Source: a virus (lineage: Duplodnaviria > Caudoviricetes). Taken from it: DNA of 64,000 nucleotides. This document shows, one piece after another, positions 10,596 to 18,448 of this stretch (position 1 is its first letter; each line of letters opens with the position of its first letter). Both the position numbers and the translations under genes were made by a program. The DNA lies in IMG/VR virus record IMGVR_UViG_3300029314_000064, positions 1 through 64,000 of that record. One strand, given 5' to 3'. The notes beneath the pieces are model-generated. The model was not told the origin of the DNA. It saw only the letters and a list, made by a program, of their open reading frames with translations, and searched no databases.

Positions 10596-11536
10596 TCAAT
10601 TTCCTCAAATGAAATAAGTTTACTCTCTTCAGGATACTTTGTTCTACCTAAAGGTAATTGAGTTACCTTTATATCAAAACATTCTTCACACTCATCACTG
10701 AACACATCTGGAGAATGATTAGTGGTGTGGTTCCACTTCTTCCTAAAAAGGACCCAATCATTGTCTATAACCTTCTGATGGTTACCCTTGTAAAAGTTAT
10801 GGGTCCCCTGCTGATGCTCGTGAAACATATATGAGCGAGTTTCAGGCACGATGGCTATTTTACCACCATACATTCTAATGCGCTTATTGTAGTCGGTATC
10901 AGAGCAATGGAAGTGGAAGTACTCATCAAGGTATCCAATCTTCTCAAACAATTTTCTTCTAAAGAAAAAACTACCCATTCCGAAATCTTTTGCTTCACCG
11001 TTTTCTTTTAAATCATCTTTGCTTCCAAAAAAACAATGTTCTGTTGCTACATTATCAAATTTATATTTCTCCAAATGTTCTTTCTCTAGTTGAATCATTC
11101 CTTTTTTCAACATAACCATATCGTCATCTAAAAACATTATATATTCGCTTAATGGATTCATAATCCTTGCCGAATAGAATAAGCCATCATTATAGGGTAC
11201 TGGTGGAGGTCTATTATGTTTTCTGAAAACTGGAAACACAGTATCAGGATAAGTTTGTTTAAGACTATACAGTAAATCTTTTGAACCATGCTCGCCTTGC
11301 GAAACAATAATCATTCTAACTCCACCAATCATCCCATTAGAACTCTGAATGGTGTAGTCTAAATTATCAAGAAGCGAATAGAACAACCTACTTAAAACTT
11401 TTGGTCCAGCCCCATTGGGAATTATCAAATCAATTAATCCCTTCCTTATTTTTCTTTCTTTATTTGAACCAAGGAATGGATGATAGATATTCACATCATT
11501 CAGGTGTCTTGGAATTATAATTTTTTCAGTCATCAA
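10592..11536 (-). CDS. GT2-family glycosyltransferase
   Basis: IDLIIP, EYIMFLDDDM, FFRRKLFEKIGYLDEYF...SDTDYNKR. Confidence 0.85.
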   Translation of the reverse strand: MMTEKIIIPRHLNDVNIYHPFLGSNKERKIRKGLIDLIIPNGAGPKVLSRLFYSLLDNLDYTIQSSNGMIGGVRMIIVSQGEHGSKDLLYSLKQTYPDTVFPVFRKHNRPPPVPYNDGLFYSARIMNPLSEYIMFLDDDMVMLKKGMIQLEKEHLEKYKFDNVATEHCFFGSKDDLKENGEAKDFGMGSFFFRRKLFEKIGYLDEYFHFHCSDTDYNKRIRMYGGKIAIVPETRSYMFHEHQQGTHNFYKGNHQKVIDNDWVLFRKKWNHTTNHSPDVFSDECEECFDIKVTQLPLGRTKYPEESKLISFEEIE

Positions 11537-12104
11537 GTGACATCATCTCGCCAGGGTCATCTTCCAAATTTCTCTTACCAAACAAATCATTAGATCTCTT
11601 AATAATCATTTGGTAAGCATATTCAGTTGTATTCTTATCAATAGATAAATAAGAGCCATCATGACCAAAACTTTCAAAATCAAGAATTTCAATATTAATA
11701 CCACTGATATGTTTCAAACTCAAAATAACTTCATGTGGTGTAGAACCCTTATACGCATCACCAGATGTATAAAATTTATGAAGTCCGTAAATAATAAGAT
11801 GACCATTCGACTTAACATGAGAAAAAGCATCGTGCATTAAATTGATAAATTCATAGTTGTCTTTCTTTTCTTTGTAATCCTCAAACACACAAATGATAAC
11901 AAGATCATATTGAGGGTCTTTATCAATATTCTCAAAACTAGACATAATATCTCTGAAATCAAAAGATGCTGAACCTTCAGGAATACCATAAAACTCACCT
12001 GGATTAATATCATCTTTCTCTCCACCAATAATCAAAATCTTACCTTGGATAAGTGGAGCAAAGCGATTAAAACATTTCTTTATTTCACAAATATCATGCC
12101 TCAT
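11526..12104 (-). CDS. Methyltransferase-like protein (degenerate class I Rossmann fold)
   Basis: GKILIIGG, YDLVIIC, HVKSNGHLII resemble class I MTase motifs. Confidence 0.5.
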   Translation of the reverse strand: MRHDICEIKKCFNRFAPLIQGKILIIGGEKDDINPGEFYGIPEGSASFDFRDIMSSFENIDKDPQYDLVIICVFEDYKEKKDNYEFINLMHDAFSHVKSNGHLIIYGLHKFYTSGDAYKGSTPHEVILSLKHISGINIEILDFESFGHDGSYLSIDKNTTEYAYQMIIKRSNDLFGKRNLEDDPGEMMSLDD

Positions 12105-13311
12105 TAGTTTGCTTCTCCTTGTTTTTTTCTTTATAGAAAGACAAAGCCATCATAACAGACTTCGCAGGCAACAAATTCAAATCAATTTTTTCATTAATGC
12201 ATAAAAGAGTTCCAACCTCACTAATAATATCTTGAGTATCAAAAATCTTCATACAATATGATTCACCTTCAAGATCAGAATTATCACAAGGTTCATTACC
12301 GTGCAGAAAACACGGAGAACATCTTATTTTTGAATCCATACCTATGGCGTTCTGATATGTAGCTAATCTTAACTTAGATTGAAAAGCACCAAACAAACCT
12401 ACCATCGGCTTACCGAAAGCAGCGGCAGTATGAAGGCCAGAACTGTCTCCACCAATAATTAAATTCATCTCAGATATTGCAGCAATAGAATCTCTGAAAT
12501 TACGGGTCAAAGCAAAAAACGGAAGAACTTTTCCAACTGCCTTTTCTCCATAAGAGATCTTATTTCCAACATCAGCATCTTCATGACTACCTAATAAATA
12601 GATACAGACATTAGGCCACATCTCAAACATTTCATTAATCAACTTTGTCCAGATAAAAATAGGAACATTTCTTATCTTAGATGAAGTCTTTAAGTGAATA
12701 CCAATCTTAATTGGCTGTGGATCCTTTATGTACTTTTTCTCAAGTTCTTGAAAATATTTCAAGCTGTCTTCTACAACAGTAAGATTAGGAACCTTTTCAT
12801 GGTCTTCAAGCTGGATACAAAAGTATTCGCCGAATAGGTCGTATGCATTCTTTTTTGTAGCTTCTGAGTTGGCCTCTATGATCCCCTCAAACATGAGGTG
12901 GAAATCAGACCTAGACATAATCTCCGTATCCATGGGAAGATTATGAAACTCATCAATGTACTTATGATCACACATAACTTCTGCGTATTGGGCTCCGCAT
13001 CCAAATATAATCTTAGATGTTGGATAAATTTCTTTGATCTTTTTGAGGTAAGGAGTGATGAAACACAAGTCTCCCATGCCTCCGGTTCTCCAAATGGTAA
13101 TCGTCTTACCATCAAGAGATTCCCCATTATACTTCTTATAAGTTTTTGAATCTAGATCTCTTATCATTCCGAACAGCATTGTTCCTGCTGTTGCCATGAT
13201 GTCTTTCATGAGGAGTTCAGACATCACATAAGAATGATTCTTTTCAAATTTCTTTAAAACATTTCCTCCGACACTAAAGATGTAATCTTTTGTTGCTGTC
13301 GCTATTTTCAT
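12094..13311 (-). CDS. GT9 / heptosyltransferase-like glycosyltransferase (copy 2)
   Basis: IWRTGGMGDL, IIGGDSSGLHTAAAFGKPMVGLFG, four-Cys motif CSPC-x7-C...YCM. Confidence 0.9.
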   Translation of the reverse strand: MKIATATKDYIFSVGGNVLKKFEKNHSYVMSELLMKDIMATAGTMLFGMIRDLDSKTYKKYNGESLDGKTITIWRTGGMGDLCFITPYLKKIKEIYPTSKIIFGCGAQYAEVMCDHKYIDEFHNLPMDTEIMSRSDFHLMFEGIIEANSEATKKNAYDLFGEYFCIQLEDHEKVPNLTVVEDSLKYFQELEKKYIKDPQPIKIGIHLKTSSKIRNVPIFIWTKLINEMFEMWPNVCIYLLGSHEDADVGNKISYGEKAVGKVLPFFALTRNFRDSIAAISEMNLIIGGDSSGLHTAAAFGKPMVGLFGAFQSKLRLATYQNAIGMDSKIRCSPCFLHGNEPCDNSDLEGESYCMKIFDTQDIISEVGTLLCINEKIDLNLLPAKSVMMALSFYKEKNKEKQTNEA

Positions 13312-13748
13312 TGTTTATGTTCCTGTTTTGTTTCAAGTTTTATCTTTAGATCATCAGAGACAGGCTTGATGTTGTATCTTGAAACATCCACCCTTCCTCG
13401 TATCCCCTTCTTTCCGACAATACTCAATTTCTCTCTAATCATATTCTTTGTTTTGTTGAGTGTGTTAATTTCAACAATACCTAGATGACCTAAAGCCATA
13501 CCAAGAGATTGATATTCTAATTCTAAATCCATTATTCTATTCTTTAAAATTTTCTGGTTAATTTTAATATCATGAATGTCTCTCTTAATGCCCATCAAAG
13601 CATCATTCATCATCATATTTACAATTTTCAAAACATAATCTAAAAATTTCTGAGCATCAAGTCCTTTTTTAGGATCTGGAGTAAACGATTCTGTGCGTGG
13701 TTGGTTCTCTATGTTTTCTTCTTTCTTAGTTTTCAGTTTCTTGACCAT
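13308..13748 (-). CDS. Hypothetical coiled-coil protein, paralog of 15621..16085
   Basis: Shares LGI..MI..K...G...V..(S/T)RYN with the 154-aa ORF; overlaps the GT9 start. Confidence 0.7.
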   Translation of the reverse strand: MVKKLKTKKEENIENQPRTESFTPDPKKGLDAQKFLDYVLKIVNMMMNDALMGIKRDIHDIKINQKILKNRIMDLELEYQSLGMALGHLGIVEINTLNKTKNMIREKLSIVGKKGIRGRVDVSRYNIKPVSDDLKIKLETKQEHKQ

Positions 13749-14044
13749 TCCGTTCTCCTTAAAATCATATTCACAACATGATCAGACAGAGCAATATCTT
13801 CATCCATCTGTTTTTGACTCTTTCTCAAATAATGCTTCACAAGAAATCTTTTCTGCATTCTATAATGACATTTGAAACAGAATCCATCATCATACAATTC
13901 CCCAACCCACTTTGAACACCAATTGCATTCATTAATCTTTACTCTCTTTCCTGATTTAGTATTCCTTCGATCTCCTCCATACATAATTCCAATTATTGTT
14001 ATAGCTGAACCAAGGCGTTGAAGCTCTTCACTATTGTTGTCCAT
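13733..14044 (-). CDS. Hypothetical Zn-finger protein
   Basis: CNWC-x12-CFKC; GAGG SD upstream. Confidence 0.65.
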   Translation of the reverse strand: MDNNSEELQRLGSAITIIGIMYGGDRRNTKSGKRVKINECNWCSKWVGELYDDGFCFKCHYRMQKRFLVKHYLRKSQKQMDEDIALSDHVVNMILRRTEWSRN

Positions 14045-14088
14045 AGATAATAACCTCTGTTCGTATTTAAAAAGTTTTCCTTTTTCCT

Positions 14089-14138
14089 CCCCCCTTTTTC
14101 TCCCCCCCTCCTCTACCTCCCCCCCTTATATACCCCCC
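14089..14138 (-). other. Four-run G-tract (G6-N7-G7-N10-G7-N7-G6), G-quadruplex-forming motif
   Basis: Plus-strand C runs at 14089-94, 14102-08, 14119-25 and 14133-38, in AT-rich intergenic DNA. Confidence 0.75.
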
Positions 14139-14207
14139 AACGAAAATTAAAATTTTCTCCTTTTACCTTTTTAAAATACTTTTCTTTTAATTGTTTTTCA
14201 AACCACC

Positions 14208-14240
14208 ACTTTTCAAAGTTACTATAGCACTTTTAAAAGT
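14208..14240 (-). promoter_or_regulatory. Extended -10 promoter (TGcTATAGT) flanked by two ACTTTT(A/C)AAAGT palindromic boxes
   Basis: Plus-strand actatagca at 14221-14229. Perfect palindrome acttttaaaagt at 14229-14240 and one-mismatch copy acttttcaaagt at 14208-14219 (21-bp spacing). Confidence 0.55.
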
Positions 14241-14298
14241 TTTGTTTTCAATTTAGTATCTCTTCAACTTCTTATCTTTCTAACTTCTAAATGAAATA

Positions 14299-14333
14299 AA
14301 CGCTGGAGAAACATCTTCTGCTTCTCCAGCGTT
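14299..14333 (-). terminator. Probable intrinsic terminator after the first GT9 gene
   Basis: 12-bp perfect inverted repeat AACGCTGGAGAA / TTCTCCAGCGTT with an 11-nt loop, followed on the minus strand by a T-rich tract. Confidence 0.65.
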
Positions 14334-14451
14334 CTATGTTGTTTAAAAATATGTAAATCAAATCTAGTCTCCATACTTGGTCCTAGATCAGCCTAAATTG
14401 GTAACCCAAGGCTACCTGTGTTTTTAGCTTTAGGATTAAACTGAACCAAAT

Positions 14452-15624
14452 TCAGGCCATTTGAAGTGGATTATTTTTGGGTTGGTTTGGTGCATTACTC
14501 TTAGCGTTTAGTATGGTAAGCATTTCTTCAACAATAACTTCTGGTCTGTGAGTATACATACAGAAAGGTTCTTTGGTTTGAACATTAGAATAATCACATG
14601 TCTCTATTCCATGAAGGAAACAAGGACCACATGCAATCTTAACATCAAAACCAGAAGCGTTTTTGTAGAAAGGCATTCTTAATTTAGAAGGGAATGCCCC
14701 ATATACTCCTACAACAGGTTTTTCAAATGCTGCTGCGATATGAACGCATGAACTGTCAGGACCAATTACTCCGTCGATCATAGAAATATGTGAGATGGTA
14801 TCTCTGTAATCTTCAGAATATTTATACGCATGAAAAACTCTTTTATCCATTGCTGAAGGTAAAGACTGAACAACCTCATAGTCGTCCTGCCCACCTAACA
14901 GACTCACCGCACATCCATTAGATAATAGAATCTTAATCATATAATCAATAATGCCGGGCGGTATGGTTCTGATGATATGTGATGCCCTTAATCCAATACC
15001 TACGACCAATGGATTCTGTTGGCTTTGCGTTGGGAATTTATTTAAGAAGTCTGCTAATAATACTCTGTGTTTTTTCTCGTGTTCTGCGCTCAAGCCTAAT
15101 ACAGGAATCTTTTTATCTTTTTCAATTTTATTTTGAAATCCAAATGCCTTTTCAAATAAATCATAAGCGTTCATGTGATGCGCTTCTTCATTTGATTCTA
15201 TAATACCTTCAAACATCAAGTAGTAATCTGCAGATAATAAAAGTTCATAATCAATTGGCAGCCCAACCAATTCATCAATGAATGGATGATTCATCATTCC
15301 ATATTTAAATCTCGGACCACAACCGAAAATGATTTTAGAATCTTTAAAAGTTTCCTTAATGTATCTAAGATTTGGAGTAATGAAGCACAGGTCGCCCATA
15401 CCACCTGTTCTCCAAACCAATAGTTTTTTCCCTGTTAAATCCTGTCCATTGTATTTCTTTGATGGATCAACTGGAAAAGGAGTTATGGACTCTATTGATT
15501 CTACAGAAAAATTATCTTTTATTTGTTGTAGAAATCCATCAGATATAATGTATTTTTTGCCTTTTACGCATGGCGGCTGTGATTCGTCTATGTGTATGTC
15601 TGTTTTGAATGATATTAATTTCAT
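14452..15624 (-). CDS. GT9 / heptosyltransferase-like glycosyltransferase (copy 1)
   Basis: VWRTGGMGDLCFITP, VIGPDSSCVHIAAAFEKPVVGVYG, CGPC-x7-C...FCM; clear paralog of 12094..13311. Confidence 0.9.
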   Translation of the reverse strand: MKLISFKTDIHIDESQPPCVKGKKYIISDGFLQQIKDNFSVESIESITPFPVDPSKKYNGQDLTGKKLLVWRTGGMGDLCFITPNLRYIKETFKDSKIIFGCGPRFKYGMMNHPFIDELVGLPIDYELLLSADYYLMFEGIIESNEEAHHMNAYDLFEKAFGFQNKIEKDKKIPVLGLSAEHEKKHRVLLADFLNKFPTQSQQNPLVVGIGLRASHIIRTIPPGIIDYMIKILLSNGCAVSLLGGQDDYEVVQSLPSAMDKRVFHAYKYSEDYRDTISHISMIDGVIGPDSSCVHIAAAFEKPVVGVYGAFPSKLRMPFYKNASGFDVKIACGPCFLHGIETCDYSNVQTKEPFCMYTHRPEVIVEEMLTILNAKSNAPNQPKNNPLQMA

Positions 15625-16085
15625 TGTCCCTCTGCTGCTTTATCAGATCTAGATGGAACCTTCATGCCGGGTAGCGTATTATTGTATCTTGTTAACACAA
15701 CTGCTGATTTAAGATTACCGTCTGACGTGACAGGAAGTGTTTTATTTTCAATCATTGATAAAGTCATCGATAATATATCCTTATCAATAATTCCTAATTC
15801 AACGAATGAGTGCATTAGAACTTGCACTCTGTCTCTTACGACTCTTGTATTCATTTTAGTTAATTGAGTCTGATCCTCTAGTTTTCCTAATCTAAATAAA
15901 GATTGGCCTAGCTTATCAGACATTCTTTTTATTAGAGTCGCTTGGTTATTGATAATATTACCTAATTCCTGTACCATCATTTGTAGTATTGCGATTTTTT
16001 CTTCATTGCTTTTTGCTTGGCCTAGCGGATTTATATTCATATCGCTTTTTAGTTTTGTCTTTTTAATATTTGTCAAAGCCATCAA
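15621..16085 (-). CDS. Hypothetical coiled-coil protein, paralog of 13308..13748
   Basis: Heptad-like helix; overlaps both the tail-tip gene stop and the GT9 start. Confidence 0.7.
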   Translation of the reverse strand: MMALTNIKKTKLKSDMNINPLGQAKSNEEKIAILQMMVQELGNIINNQATLIKRMSDKLGQSLFRLGKLEDQTQLTKMNTRVVRDRVQVLMHSFVELGIIDKDILSMTLSMIENKTLPVTSDGNLKSAVVLTRYNNTLPGMKVPSRSDKAAEGQ

Positions 16086-18448
16086 ATCTCCATGAGTTTA
16101 AGATCTAACTTACTGTAAGAATACCTTGTTTCCAAAACAATACATTTCTGCTCAACCCACCCACCTGGAGCCAATGATGAAGTTACAGAAACACAGTCTC
16201 CAATCTCTAGTGGGTTATCCAGTATTTCATCAACATAAGCAATTTCGCAATTCAAAAATATTCTTCTCTTCGAATGCATGTCTACATAAATATCAGCAAG
16301 TTGATTTGCAGTGTAATCATCTATAACATCTCTAAACTCTATAACACCCTTACTTCTTTCGAATCCATTTTTAGCATAGGATTCTCTACAAACGCTATCA
16401 GTAAGTTTGTTTTTGATAATGACTCGATTAAATTTATTTGTTGGATAATCATAAAAGTATTTGAAAATAAAATCATTATAAACTTCTTCAGTCTTATTGT
16501 ATTCCATTTCTTGTTTTACTATATGCTCGTCTTCTCTTAAATACAACTTTGGATTATTTTTAATCTTAGATGGAATTATTGTTTTCATTTTAAATCTATT
16601 TGCTTCGACAAAAACAATAGAACAGCACTGTTTACACCATCTATCTATAATGTCTTGACCATTTTCTATTTCTGTTAATGCTGTGTCGAATCTCCAATTA
16701 TCCAAAAGCATTCTAGATTTTCTAAATGATTCTATATCTATAATATTTTTGTTTAAGTTAACTGATGTGTAATTCATTAAAAAATGTAAGATTATGTCTG
16801 CAGGATTTTTTATTAATGAAGTATTTTTTACATCTTCTACTTTATCCATTGTTGTAATTACGGTCCCTAAAGTTCCTTGAGCTAAATCTTCTTTAGGACC
16901 AAAACCAGTATAAAATCCATCTATGGTATCCTGCCATCCCTCAACAGAAATATAAAGTTTAGAATTACCGAGACCATATCTTATTGGATATTGGGCTCTC
17001 TGTTCTAGTGGTGTTGTTAAATCATACCAATCAAATTCTCCACCTCTTAATTTAACTCCCTGAATAATCTCTCCCTTAAGAGATGTTAATTTAACAACCT
17101 TATGTAGTGGACTCACTAATCTCACGCGGTGATCTAAATACTGATTAGATCTATTACTTCCGCCTCTAAATCTTTTTGGAAAAGGATTAGGTATCCAATT
17201 TTTATTTAATGGAGCAATCTTTGCATCAACAACTCTTTTATCTTCAAGAGACCAATAAACTTCAGTTCTTAATGCATCCATAATTTCAAATAAATCTTCT
17301 GTGCCTGAACCTGCTGTTGCTAATCCATATGCTGTGTATCCAGTACCGTATGAATCTTTATAATTCCAAACATTATTATCTGCGCCAACAACATTAACTC
17401 CATTCATAATAGTTGGATCAGGAATTTCACCTAACTTACATGGATGGCATGCAAAAAGATAAACATCGTCTCCTACACCGAAAGAATTTGTTCTAGTGGA
17501 CTTTTGCCCAATAGCCCAAATCATTGGAACTCTTTCTGGAGCACCATAAATAATTGGGACTGGTGAGCCAACAGATTCTGCATTCTGTGGTACAGGATTT
17601 TTAATTAATCTCATAGTGATAGAACCATTAAGATTATATGTAAAATCATCTGTTGTAAGAGTATTGTTGATAATACTTAAAGCAGTTTCATCTGCTCTTA
17701 TTAAGTATTTCTCTAAAACAGAATTGAAGTAAATAAGCGGCCCTTCACTTTTCACAACAACAGCAAATTGACCAGATGCATTATTAGTGTGATCTGAAGG
17801 TCTTGTATCCATAATAACATCTAATCTAGAACCCTTCCAAAAATTCTTCGGTCTTCCATTTAATGTTCCAGATCCAATACTATTCACAAGAGTAACAGAT
17901 TTACTTCCTGCTGTTGCTGCTGTTCCACTTCCAACAATAGAATTATCCCCTATTGGTTGAAGTGATGTGTAATAGGTTGCGTCTGTCAATATGAAAGATG
18001 ACTGAAATGTATTTTCATCAAAAATAACAGAAGGAACACTCTTAAAATATAATTTTTGAGAATCTTTAATAGACATATTGAAATTAAGTTTATCCCACTT
18101 AGGAGAAGAAGCAATTCCATTTATTTCTAAAAATTTACATGTCATATCTTCTAATGGACCACCACGAAGATATTTAAGTGTTATTCCTGTAAAACTTTCT
18201 GGATGTAAATTAATATGATCTTGTATTCTGTCTGAGTTTACCATTGAAATATTGCTGGCAACTGAAACAGATGCTTTAAAATCATAAATACTGAATGATT
18301 TAGTAACACCACCTTCACTTCTTAGTTTGCCATCGTATTGTATTATTTGTTCATTTTCTTTTATCTTCATCGCCTGTGAAGAATAAAATAATTTCTTTGT
18401 TCCTAAATCTATTTCTAATAATGGAATTAATTTATTTGTGATACCCAT
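16082..18448 (-). CDS. Tail tip / baseplate hub protein
   Basis: PVPIIYG and KNPADIILHFL motifs and an LEIGDCVSV C-terminus, typical of siphoviral tail-tip hub proteins; downstream of the tape measure. Confidence 0.75.
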   Translation of the reverse strand: MGITNKLIPLLEIDLGTKKLFYSSQAMKIKENEQIIQYDGKLRSEGGVTKSFSIYDFKASVSVASNISMVNSDRIQDHINLHPESFTGITLKYLRGGPLEDMTCKFLEINGIASSPKWDKLNFNMSIKDSQKLYFKSVPSVIFDENTFQSSFILTDATYYTSLQPIGDNSIVGSGTAATAGSKSVTLVNSIGSGTLNGRPKNFWKGSRLDVIMDTRPSDHTNNASGQFAVVVKSEGPLIYFNSVLEKYLIRADETALSIINNTLTTDDFTYNLNGSITMRLIKNPVPQNAESVGSPVPIIYGAPERVPMIWAIGQKSTRTNSFGVGDDVYLFACHPCKLGEIPDPTIMNGVNVVGADNNVWNYKDSYGTGYTAYGLATAGSGTEDLFEIMDALRTEVYWSLEDKRVVDAKIAPLNKNWIPNPFPKRFRGGSNRSNQYLDHRVRLVSPLHKVVKLTSLKGEIIQGVKLRGGEFDWYDLTTPLEQRAQYPIRYGLGNSKLYISVEGWQDTIDGFYTGFGPKEDLAQGTLGTVITTMDKVEDVKNTSLIKNPADIILHFLMNYTSVNLNKNIIDIESFRKSRMLLDNWRFDTALTEIENGQDIIDRWCKQCCSIVFVEANRFKMKTIIPSKIKNNPKLYLREDEHIVKQEMEYNKTEEVYNDFIFKYFYDYPTNKFNRVIIKNKLTDSVCRESYAKNGFERSKGVIEFRDVIDDYTANQLADIYVDMHSKRRIFLNCEIAYVDEILDNPLEIGDCVSVTSSLAPGGWVEQKCIVLETRYSYSKLDLKLMEI

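Noticed and set aside
6427-16085. Interpretation as a DNA hypermodification or O-antigen conversion locus
   Set aside because: No hydroxymethylase, thymidylate-synthase-like, deazaguanine or GtrA/B/membrane GT genes are seen in the window. Disfavoured rather than excluded, since the rest of the genome is not visible.
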